Source of the DNA: Kerstersia sp.
GTDB lineage: Bacteria > Pseudomonadota > Gammaproteobacteria > Burkholderiales > Burkholderiaceae_B
DNA length: 64,000 bases
Assembly: GCF_052103615.1 (NCBI RefSeq)
Contig: NZ_JBQEKA010000005.1
Span: forward strand, 11,357-75,356
Direction of reading: 5' to 3'
Shown piece after piece: positions 20,946 through 30,561 of the stretch. Position 1 is the stretch's first letter. Each line of letters starts with the position of its first letter. The notes beneath the pieces are model-generated. The model searched no databases. It saw only the letters and a list, made by a program, of their open reading frames with translations, and was not told the DNA's origin. The position numbers were made by a program, and so were the translations under genes.

Positions 20946-20968
20946 AAGATGCATAAAAAATACACCTT
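20946..20968. promoter_or_regulatory. NsrR box 2
   Basis: AAGATGCATAA-A-AAATACACCTT, a second 23-bp match about 40 bp downstream of box 1. Confidence 0.75.
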
Positions 20969-21038
20969 AAAGCATTCAGCGGGCATGACATCAGGTACTG
21001 GCCTGCCGATTTTTACCCAACCGACACAAGGAATCATC

Positions 21039-21464
21039 ATGAGCCACACCCTGGAAGCCTCCCAACTGCTGGGCGCCCTGGAAAACGTCGCGGTCATCTC
21101 CACGACCGACCTGCAAGGGAACATCACCTACGCCAATGACCTGTTCTGCAAGCTGACCGGCTACGCCCGCGAAGAACTGATTGGCCAGCCGCACAGCCTG
21201 GTGCGCCACCCGGCGGTGCCCAAAGCGGTTTACAAGGAAATGTGGGACACCATCAAGGCTGGGCAGATCTGGACCGGCATCATCCCGAACGTCGGCAAGG
21301 GCGGCGGCGTCTATGTTGTGGATACCACGGTGCAACCGCTGTTTGACGATCAAGGCAACATCACGTCGTACATCAGCATCCGCCGCGTCATCAACGATCT
21401 GATGCAAGATTTCGAGTCGGTAGAATTCTCCAAGGAACAATTCGACGAGTACTACGACAAATAA
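21039..21464 (+). CDS. Stand-alone PAS domain protein (Aer/NifL-like, probably flavin-binding)
   Basis: AAGGA SD before ATG 21039; TDLQGNITYANDLFCKLTGYAREELIGQPHSLVRHP...MWDTIKAGQIWTG; no output domain. Confidence 0.85.
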   Translation: MSHTLEASQLLGALENVAVISTTDLQGNITYANDLFCKLTGYAREELIGQPHSLVRHPAVPKAVYKEMWDTIKAGQIWTGIIPNVGKGGGVYVVDTTVQPLFDDQGNITSYISIRRVINDLMQDFESVEFSKEQFDEYYDK

Positions 21465-21469
21465 GCATC

Positions 21470-23014
21470 ATGGCCGCCATCATCGAACACCTGCTGATCG
21501 GCTACGGCTCGGAATCCGGCAATGCCCGCGCACTCGCCCGCCGTCTGGGCGACCTGCCCGCCTTGCAGCCCTATGCGCCACGCGTACAGGCGCTCAACGA
21601 CATCGAGCCCGCCCAACTTCCCGCCGGCACGCTGCTGGCGATCATCTCCAGCTCCTTCGGTGATGGCGACCCGCCAGGCAACGCCGAAAATTTCCTGGCC
21701 CGCGTCCGCCAGGCCGGGCGCCTGGAATCGCTGAATTACGCCATCTTCGGCCTGGGCGATACGGCCTATCCGAATTTCTGCGGCTTCACCAAAACCCTGG
21801 ATCAAGCCCTCACGGAACGCGGCGCCGCCCCCGTCATCCTGCGCGTCGATGCCGACGCCTGCTATGAAGATTTCTTCGAGCGCTGGACACCCGTGCTGCA
21901 GCAAGTGCTGTCGGGCAACTTGCGGGCAGGCCAGCTCTTACGGCTGCAAGTCACCGCCTATGGCGCCCACACGGCCTTTGCCGCACCCATTCTGGAGCGC
22001 CTTCAGCTGAACCAGGGCGCCCCCGGGGCCTGGCATATCCGCCTGGACATCACCGGCAGCGGCATGATTTATCGCGCCGGGGACAATCTCTACGTCATGC
22101 CCGAAAACGACCCGGCGCTGCTGCAAGGCCTGGCCGACTGGTATGGCAACCCCGAAGCCGCCACGGCCCTGGCAGGCAAAGAGTTGCGCCTGCTGGGCAA
22201 AGGCCTGCTGCGTGACCTGGCGCGCCTGTCCGGCAACGAGCGCTTGAAAGAGCTGCTGAAGATCAGCCAGCGCAAGGCTCTGGATGACTACCTCTGGGGC
22301 GCTGACCTGCTGGATCTGCTGCAGGACTTCTGCTCCCCTGAAACCGTGCCGCTGGACGCGCTGCTGGACTGCGCCCTGCCCGCCTGCCTGCCTCGCGCCT
22401 ACTCGATCGCCTCCGCTGGCGGCGACCATATCGACCTGTGCATCCGTGAAGTCGCCCATGAACGCAACGGCCGCCTGCATCGCGGCTGCGCGACCGGCTG
22501 GCTGCTCCGTCATGATGGCCCGGTACGCGTTTTCTGCCGCGCCAACCCCGGCTTCCACCTGCCGCGCGACGCCAGCCTGCCGCTCATACTGGTCGGCACC
22601 GGCACCGGTATCGCCCCATTGATGGGCCTGCTGCGCGAAATGCGCAGCAGCGGCAAGCGGCGCGAAACCTGCCTGATCTTCGGCGAGAAATGCAGCGACA
22701 AGGATTTTCTCTATCACCAGGAATTGCGCGCCATGCTGGATGACGGCACGCTCTCGGACCTCTATACCGCGTTCTCCCGCGATGGCGGCACGAAATACTA
22801 CGTCCAGCACGCCATGGCAGACCAGAGCGGTTACCTGCGCGACATGCTCGCCCAAGGCGCCCATCTCTACCTGTGCGGCAACAAGCGGCACCTGGAACAG
22901 GCCGTGGCCAGCGCCATTGACCACATCATGGAAGGCGTCCCCGGCCTGGCGGACAATGAAACCGGCTGGCAATTGCTGGGACGCACCGGCAGATTGCACC
23001 GGGAGCTTTACTAA
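21470..23014 (+). CDS. Diflavin oxidoreductase (flavodoxin + FNR domains; CysJ/NOS-reductase-like)
   Basis: FMN motifs YGSESGNA, SSFGDGDPPGNA and FGLGDTAY; FAD motif RAYSIAS; NAD(P) motifs GTGTGIAP, AFSRD, YVQH, LYLCG. Confidence 0.88.
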   Translation: MAAIIEHLLIGYGSESGNARALARRLGDLPALQPYAPRVQALNDIEPAQLPAGTLLAIISSSFGDGDPPGNAENFLARVRQAGRLESLNYAIFGLGDTAYPNFCGFTKTLDQALTERGAAPVILRVDADACYEDFFERWTPVLQQVLSGNLRAGQLLRLQVTAYGAHTAFAAPILERLQLNQGAPGAWHIRLDITGSGMIYRAGDNLYVMPENDPALLQGLADWYGNPEAATALAGKELRLLGKGLLRDLARLSGNERLKELLKISQRKALDDYLWGADLLDLLQDFCSPETVPLDALLDCALPACLPRAYSIASAGGDHIDLCIREVAHERNGRLHRGCATGWLLRHDGPVRVFCRANPGFHLPRDASLPLILVGTGTGIAPLMGLLREMRSSGKRRETCLIFGEKCSDKDFLYHQELRAMLDDGTLSDLYTAFSRDGGTKYYVQHAMADQSGYLRDMLAQGAHLYLCGNKRHLEQAVASAIDHIMEGVPGLADNETGWQLLGRTGRLHRELY

Positions 23015-23252
23015 ACCCCCGGACAGCTAGCAGGCCGACAAGCGGCACAGCGGCAAGAGCCGCCATGGACAATCCATTCACCGCGGCAACACCGCGCCGC
23101 CTGGCCCGCTCATGCGGGGGCTTCTTGTCACGGAGCGCCCGCATGACGTTGCCGCCAGCCGTGCCCCTGCTCATCCATACCGGCTCGCGCAACGGAAATT
23201 CGGAACGTTGCCGCCAGCCGGACTGAAAAAAACTGGCCCAGGCGCCCATCTC

Positions 23253-23294
23253 GTTATGGCATCAACGGTCAAACTCATGACTTGATGCCATAAC
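23253..23294. repeat. 13-bp perfect inverted repeat with 16-bp spacer
   Basis: GTTATGGCATCAA (23253-23265) and TTGATGCCATAAC (23282-23294). Confidence 0.85.
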
Positions 23295-23375
23295 CCAGGA
23301 TGAAATCTTCGGCTGAACCGGCAGGCAGCGCTGGCAAGACTACAATACGCAGACTCCTTTTTTCCAGGCTTTCCC

Positions 23376-23999
23376 GTGTCCCTATTGCATCGTGCCGCCT
23401 TTACGGTTTCCGCCGCCCGGCTGGACCAGCTCCCGCCGCCCGGCCCACCCGAGGTCTGTTTCGTGGGCCGCTCGAACTCCGGCAAATCGTCTTCCATCAA
23501 TGTGCTGACCAATCAGCGCCGCCTGGCCTTTTCCAGTAAAACGCCCGGCCGCACGCGGCTGATCAATCTGTTCGGCATTCCCGACCCGCTGGAACCTGGC
23601 GCGCAATTGGGCTACCTGGTTGACCTGCCAGGGTACGGCTATGCCGCAGTCGATAAAAAATCCCGCGAGGAATGGGCAGATGTCCTGGGCGGCTACCTGC
23701 ACACCCGCACATCGCTGGCGGGCGTCGTGATGCTGATCGACATCCGCCGCGGCGTCACCGAACTGGACCGGCGCCTGGTGAACTGGATCGCCCCAACCGG
23801 GCGGCCGGTACTGGCGCTGCTGACCAAAGCTGACAAACTGCCCTACGGACAGCGCATCAAAGCCGTCTATGCCGCGCGCAAAGACCTGGCCGACATCGGC
23901 GCCCTGCACACGGTGCCGTTTTCCGCACCCGAGCGCATCGGCCTGGAAGAAGCGACGCTGCTGATCCAGAACTGGATTTCCCCGACCTTCGTGCCCTGA
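23376..23999 (+). CDS. yihA: Ribosome biogenesis GTPase YihA/EngB
   Basis: GRSNSGKSS, SKTPGRT, DLPGYG, TKADK. Confidence 0.96.
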   Translation: MSLLHRAAFTVSAARLDQLPPPGPPEVCFVGRSNSGKSSSINVLTNQRRLAFSSKTPGRTRLINLFGIPDPLEPGAQLGYLVDLPGYGYAAVDKKSREEWADVLGGYLHTRTSLAGVVMLIDIRRGVTELDRRLVNWIAPTGRPVLALLTKADKLPYGQRIKAVYAARKDLADIGALHTVPFSAPERIGLEEATLLIQNWISPTFVP

Positions 24000-25151
<1,152 letters not shown>

Positions 25152-25390
25152 ATAGATACGGTACCTATCAGGCCCTCGGGCAGCCATCGTGCCGCCTGGG
25201 GCCTGTGGCCCTATCCGTGAATGCAGGAACAGCCTAATATCGGCACGCTGAGGCAGTGTTTATCAGGCAGGCCCGCGGCACACGCCACAGCAACAATATG
25301 CTTGCCGCGCGCAGGCTCCGCGCCGCATGGCGCGCGTCCATGCAGATCCTGCAAAAACAGCAGGGCGCGCATTCGTATCAAGAGGACTGC

Positions 25391-25915
25391 GTGAACAACG
25401 GGAAAAAGATCATCATCATCGCTGGCCCAAATGGGGCAGGTAAAACGACCTTCGCCCGTTCTTTCCTGCCTGCCGAAGCCGGGGTGTTGCGCTTCATCAA
25501 CGCGGATCTTATCGCTGCGGGGCTCTCACCCTTTGAACCAGAAGCCGCTGCCATCAAGGCAGGCCGTCTCATGCTCGAAGAAGTGAAGCAATCCGTCGCC
25601 GATGGCGCCAGCTTCGCGCTGGAAACGACACTATCGGGCCATGGTTATCTGCGCCACATCCGGCGCTGGCAAACGCTGGGCTACCGCGTCAGCCTGTATT
25701 TTCTCAGTCTGTCCGATGCCGACACAGCAGTCGCCCGTGTGGCAGAAAGAGTCAGGCAAGGCGGCCACCATATTCCTGAACCCGTCATTCGCAGACGCTT
25801 TATTGCTGGCATGAAAAACTTTATCCAGCACTATCGCCAGCAAGTCGATGACTGGGCGCTGTATGATAATTCCGGTAGCCATCCTATATTATTGGAATGG
25901 GGAGAAAATTCATGA
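25391..25915 (+). CDS. Zeta-toxin-like P-loop ATPase (COG4185 type)
   Basis: GTG start after AGAGGA; IAGPNGAGKTT, NADLIA, ETTLSG, RVAERVRQGGH, YDNSG. Confidence 0.85.
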   Translation: MNNGKKIIIIAGPNGAGKTTFARSFLPAEAGVLRFINADLIAAGLSPFEPEAAAIKAGRLMLEEVKQSVADGASFALETTLSGHGYLRHIRRWQTLGYRVSLYFLSLSDADTAVARVAERVRQGGHHIPEPVIRRRFIAGMKNFIQHYRQQVDDWALYDNSGSHPILLEWGENS

Positions 25916-26100
25916 GCCACGCAGACATCTCGACCGCCAAGAACCCGGACTTGCGGGCATCCATGGCTGCCTTGCAACGTGCGGCCGAAGCCGCCAGGCA
26001 ACTCGCCATACAAACCAATACCGCCATTGTTCTGGTGGAACACGGCAAGCTGGTCAAAGTCTCTGCCGAGCAGTTGCGCCGGCAAACGCGCCAGCGCTGA
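25912..26100 (+). CDS. Small helical protein translationally coupled to the ATPase (possible TA partner)
   Basis: 62 aa, ATGA overlap with the ATPase stop, GGGGAG SD. Confidence 0.65.
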   Translation: MSHADISTAKNPDLRASMAALQRAAEAARQLAIQTNTAIVLVEHGKLVKVSAEQLRRQTRQR

Positions 26101-26682
26101 AACCGCCTTCCGCCGTCAAGACCCCTCACTGACCCATCAAATAAACCGGCCAGGCCTGCCCGCCTTCCCGCATGGCCTTGCGCGTGCCCAGGCACGTGTC
26201 CCGCCAATCTCCTGGCTGCTCTGGCACGCCGCTGCCCGATTCAGCCTCATTCCGCACTAGCATGACGTGATGCGGCACAAGCGTGCCCAAGGCACACTTG
26301 CGCCCCGCCCGCCCCTCCCCGGATAGAAAGACCATCCACGCGCCATGGCAGGCCTATGACGCGGTCAAACATCGTTTCCGTCACCTCTGGCCCCATCCGC
26401 GTCCTGCAAACCGCGCCAATATATTAATGCGTGTCATTATCGGAACCATTTTTAGCTAATATAGGTATCTCGCCCTGAGAACCTTCGCCTAAACCGGCCC
26501 CGAACTCACCAGTCCGTAACGAATAAGTCACCGCGCAAGCAGCTGAGCACAACAAGGCAGCACCGGACTGCCTGGTTCTAGCACCACGCACCAATATTTC
26601 GCTCAGCACTATCAAAGAAGCACGCAAGAACACCGTATGACAGCAAATAAATTAGTGCAGTTAAACAGTCACCATCAGCGAT

Positions 26683-26716
26683 ACATATACAAATATAAAC
26701 CCGCCCTTCTCATTAG
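26683..26716 (+). repeat. Relic copy of the 5' end of the 29548 gene
   Basis: 31/34 nt identical to 29551-29584. Confidence 0.85.
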
Positions 26717-26757
26717 GGTTCGAGAGATATTCAACACTCGCCTATCCCATGTAAAAC

Positions 26758-27078
26758 ATGAAAGCAGACATACTAATCGCTATATACCTTTTAAAGCCCA
26801 ATGAGGGCGGCCGAAAAACGGACATAGAAGGCGACATTTTTAAATGCCCGATTTTTGTCAACCAAACCGGATTTGATTGCAGACTGATTCTTCACGGCAA
26901 AAAAATGATCCTGGGGACCAACCATACTCTCCCTGCCGCCTTTCTTGACCGGGATAGCGCACTTTCAAAAATAAAAACAGGCACAAAAATCTCATTGTGG
27001 GAAGGAAAAACAATTGGCTATGGAGAAGTCCTGGAAATATACGGCCAGCAGCCTCAGCAGTTCCCCATACCAGTCTAA
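26758..27078 (+). CDS. Stand-alone EF-Tu domain III-like protein
   Basis: IYLLKPNEGGRKT...MILGTN...WEGKTIGYGEVLEI parallels EF-Tu VYILSKDEGGRHT...MVMPGDN...REGGRTVGAGVVAKV. Confidence 0.65.
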   Translation: MKADILIAIYLLKPNEGGRKTDIEGDIFKCPIFVNQTGFDCRLILHGKKMILGTNHTLPAAFLDRDSALSKIKTGTKISLWEGKTIGYGEVLEIYGQQPQQFPIPV

Positions 27079-27142
27079 GCTCTTTCCAAGCACGCCAGAA
27101 CTCTGAAAGATCCATCAACGGAACAACCTGAGCGCAACATTA

Positions 27143-27667
27143 ATGTTTTCATCCAGAACATTACACTCTCTTACAGATCTTGAAAGAGAGCTTCAAAAAG
27201 AACATAAACACTGGCTGGTCCTTGGGGCTTCCCATGAAGCCACCATCGAATTTCATCAGATCCAAACATGCAGAAAAGGCATGAATTTCGGAATAGGCGT
27301 CGCCATTGCAATCAGTGGCGCCAGACCAAAATGCATCACAAGCACCAACCAAAAAAACATTCTCATTGGATTTGACTCATTTATCTCAAAAGTACCGCTA
27401 CGACCCTCACCCAACTCTTTACCTCAATATGAAATCAAAAAAATAGATGGCGTTTTTTTTGATTTCATACCAATAAAAGATCAAATCTGCGTCATCCACG
27501 AAATCGGAGCATATCTGATGACGGAAGATCTATAAATCATTTGGAGCATATCCACTGACATTTTATCCACCTGGACCTTGGATAAAGAAAAAGAAACTCT
27601 ATTACTAACAGAACTGTACTTTTCAAAACCAATATTAGTATCCATTCACACAGGAAAGAAAACCTAA
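27143..27667 (+). pseudogene. Hypothetical immunity-like gene interrupted by an in-frame TAA at 27533-27535
   Basis: The frame continues past the stop as IIWSISTDILSTWTLDKEKETLLLTELYFSKPILVSIHTGKKT* to 27667. Confidence 0.65.
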
Positions 27668-27789
27668 CATCTCCATCTATACCACGCCGACTAAGCAACC
27701 ATCGGCTTCTGTTACTTAACAAAACCCCAAACACCCAGTCATTTCAGACGTTTCAAAAATAACCAACGCACTAAAAGCCAAAATGTAGC

Positions 27790-27882
27790 GGACATGTCAT
27801 CGTCGATGGCATCCGGCTAGATTACAGCGCCTTCAAATTCCCCGATGGAGCAATTAACATTGAACGCTTCACTCATCCCTAA
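27790..27882 (+). pseudogene. Probable polymorphic toxin C-terminal relic
   Basis: GHVIVDGIRLDYSAFKFPDGAINIERFTHP* ends just before the core of the DUF6984-like ORF. Confidence 0.45.
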
Positions 27883-28243
27883 AAGCAAGCTTCTTAGAAA
27901 ACTGCGAGAAGAAGAAAAAAGACTAATCACAGCCATGCTTAGCGAAAAAATCATTGATCTGACTAACGCAGAAATTGATTCAGCCCTAGTCATAGACCTG
28001 AACGATGGGAATATGGGCAGCATAAGATTCATCTATGACACAGACTCTACCTATCAAGCCCAAATTGCGAGCGCTGAGTATGCAGATAGTGATGGAGCAA
28101 TAGTCAGCATTGCGATCAACACTAACACCCAAGGCAATTTATATGAAATTGATTTTTGGAAAACAGACTTTTCAGCCCTACTAAAATACCCCACGCCAGA
28201 GAAACTTATCAGACACAAAGAACAAGGCGCATCAAGCCAATGA
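27845..28243 (+). CDS. DUF6984-like putative immunity protein
   Basis: RKLREEEKRLI...DGNMGSIRF...DSDG...LYEIDFWKTDFSAL..YP; the true start is probably near 27893. Confidence 0.65.
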   Translation: MEQLTLNASLIPKSKLLRKLREEEKRLITAMLSEKIIDLTNAEIDSALVIDLNDGNMGSIRFIYDTDSTYQAQIASAEYADSDGAIVSIAINTNTQGNLYEIDFWKTDFSALLKYPTPEKLIRHKEQGASSQ

Positions 28244-28522
28244 TATACATGAATCAGCCGCACGTTCCAAACAGGCGCCCAGGCAACTCTTATCAAGAAC
28301 CTTTGCAAAACCTCGCCCGACAAGAGAACCGAGCAGACGTTATCAGCAAATCAAAATCAGAAGATAGTTCGGCCAGCAACCGAAGCAATCAAGCAGTGAG
28401 ACAAAACATGAACCATATTCTCAATAACTTCACGGATCGGAACAATTAAAGCGCTACATTCCCCGCCGCATTTATCCAACCAAGAATATCCAAGCTATTC
28501 CTGTCGAATTTGGGAAATAAAG

Positions 28523-28900
28523 ATGAAAGTAAAATGCGTACGCTTCCTTGACGAAAATGGAAACATCAAATCTGACTCAGCATGGCTAACGATTGGACAG
28601 ACCTACCACGTCATGGAAATCTACATTAGCAGCTCTAGAGCGTGCCGCTATAGAATAATTTCAAATCACAAAGATCCCGGGTTTTTTTCTATGGGATTGC
28701 ATCCCGCCGAATGCTTCGAAATCACCAGCGACATCATCCCTTCCAACTGGAAAATGAAGATCCACAAGATGTCAGCCATTGAAATATCTCCAGCACGCTG
28801 GCAAGAGAACAATTTTTTAGAAGATTTTTATGATGCAGACCCCGCCGTTTACCCTATCTTTGAAGCGGAACGCGACATTATTATGCGCGAAGACCCTTGA
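28523..28900 (+). CDS. Hypothetical protein, immunity-like
   Basis: 125 aa with WLTIGQTY and PARWQENNFLEDFYDADP; lies in the AT-rich array. Confidence 0.7.
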   Translation: MKVKCVRFLDENGNIKSDSAWLTIGQTYHVMEIYISSSRACRYRIISNHKDPGFFSMGLHPAECFEITSDIIPSNWKMKIHKMSAIEISPARWQENNFLEDFYDADPAVYPIFEAERDIIMREDP

Positions 28901-29026
28901 GCCAATTGAGAGCACAAAAAGACTAATAAAGCCAATGATATAAAGAAATCATCGCTTTGATTTCATTTTACAACCAAGGATCGCATTGCCAAAACAATCC
29001 CCATTTACATATCTGACGGATGAATA

Positions 29027-29494
29027 ATGAGCGAAACAATAGAACTTACATTTGAAAACGTTCCGGAAACGTTATTTGAAAAACCCATCCAAACCATCAC
29101 ACTCCATGCCAAACCCGAAAAAATATTCACAAGTGAAGATGGCGACGCAATTTACATTGCAGGCGAAAGCATATCCGAAACAATAAGAAGAATCAAACCA
29201 CCAACAGCATTATTTTTTATTTTTGAAAGAGTAAGAATCGGAACCATAGAAATAAAAAAACCATTAATAAGAATTTTATTATTAGAAAAAGAGAATGAAC
29301 TTAACCTGATATTCAATGACAATGACATAGCAGGAGACTCCGAAAAATCCACAATTCAGCAACTTGCAATAGCAACCAAGCAACTGGCATTTGAAAACAA
29401 CATAGAAATTTACTATTGTGGCCTAGAGCCAGCCAATGACACAAACACCCAGTTTTTTTCAAACTCCAAAACCGGCATAGGCGGCCCATCATAA
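29027..29494 (+). CDS. Hypothetical protein, immunity-like
   Basis: 155 aa, acidic, with a C-terminal YYCGLEPAND..TQFF motif. Confidence 0.7.
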   Translation: MSETIELTFENVPETLFEKPIQTITLHAKPEKIFTSEDGDAIYIAGESISETIRRIKPPTALFFIFERVRIGTIEIKKPLIRILLLEKENELNLIFNDNDIAGDSEKSTIQQLAIATKQLAFENNIEIYYCGLEPANDTNTQFFSNSKTGIGGPS

Positions 29495-29547
29495 CCGCTC
29501 TTAAAACACCCACAACAAAACGGTCTTCACACTATCATTCATTGAGC

Positions 29548-30120
29548 ATGACTTATACAAACATAAGCCCGCCCTTCTCATTAGATTTTCGAGAAATGCC
29601 AAAGACAGAACTCAAGAACTACGCCAAGTGGTTCCATGAAATCCTGCCAGTCCGAATCAAAGAATTGGAAAGTTTTGTACAAAGCACGGCTGGATTCGAA
29701 AAATGGCAGGCTGACTTCACCCCTGACTCCTTGAACCAGCTCGACAGTTGGTTCGAGGAACAGATCGAAACCCGGACAATGACCCAAGATGAAATCGAAG
29801 AAACAAGAAGAAAATTAGTGATTCCAATAGAAATTGGCACAACCGAACTCTCAAACCGGACATTTTCCTTGGCGATAGACATCGGGATGTATTTTGGACA
29901 AACATTACTGAAAGGAAATCCAAAATTGAAATGGGGCCAAAATTTAAAATCAAAAAGACACATTGACTATGGACAGCCCATCCTCATTGGCCAAGGCTCC
30001 ATCCCGTGCAACCCAGTAGGCCTCTTAATCACGCGAGCCTATGCAATAACTAGAAAATCAAAAAACAAGAAAGAATTATTGGAAACTTATAAAATCTGGG
30101 CAAACATTCTGAGTACATGA
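29548..30120 (+). CDS. Hypothetical protein, immunity-like
   Basis: 190 aa with SLAIDIGMYFG and DYGQP motifs. Confidence 0.7.
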   Translation: MTYTNISPPFSLDFREMPKTELKNYAKWFHEILPVRIKELESFVQSTAGFEKWQADFTPDSLNQLDSWFEEQIETRTMTQDEIEETRRKLVIPIEIGTTELSNRTFSLAIDIGMYFGQTLLKGNPKLKWGQNLKSKRHIDYGQPILIGQGSIPCNPVGLLITRAYAITRKSKNKKELLETYKIWANILST

Positions 30121-30196
30121 TGATGTCCAAAAAAACCGAGCAGACAAGCTAAAACCAGAAACCAGACCAACACACCAAACCCAATACCAAACAGAT

Positions 30197-30535
30197 ATGA
30201 GTCAAACCAGGTCAGATCAAGTTGATGCGATATTAAAAATCGGAAAATCAATGGAAACCGAAGGAATAAGAAATTGGGCCTTAACCCCCAAAAAAGCCAT
30301 CACAGCAATTCGCTCGCTAGAAAAAATGAAAATTGCCATTCTAGGTGGCGATGTATATGAAATCATTAACAACCGTTTCACATCCACATATGAGAACTGG
30401 TATTGCAATAAAGCACAAGACGAGGATGACAATCAGTATCTATTTAGGAGCATCCATATGGCAAGACAATACATCCTCAACCATCAATCGAATAGCAAAA
30501 TCATCTATTTCTGCCTGGTGCCCGACGTTCGATAA
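30197..30535 (+). CDS. Immunity protein, Imm40-like
   Basis: GKSM..EGIRNWA...AILGGDVY...YENWY...YLFRS..MARQYI matches the recalled Imm40 pattern. Confidence 0.72.
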   Translation: MSQTRSDQVDAILKIGKSMETEGIRNWALTPKKAITAIRSLEKMKIAILGGDVYEIINNRFTSTYENWYCNKAQDEDDNQYLFRSIHMARQYILNHQSNSKIIYFCLVPDVR

Positions 30536-30561
30536 AATAAATCTTTGCCCCCCAAAAAACC

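Noticed and set aside
20910-21038. N-terminal extension of the PAS ORF
   Set aside because: It overlaps both NsrR boxes, and a better SD precedes ATG 21039.
21470-23014. Calling the flavoprotein cysJ or a nitric oxide synthase
   Set aside because: There is no adjacent cysI/cysH and no heme oxygenase domain; only the reductase architecture is supported.
28156-28449. 97-aa ORF in the island
   Set aside because: Low-complexity N/Q/S-rich sequence overlapping the previous gene, with no recognisable fold; probably spacer or relic DNA.
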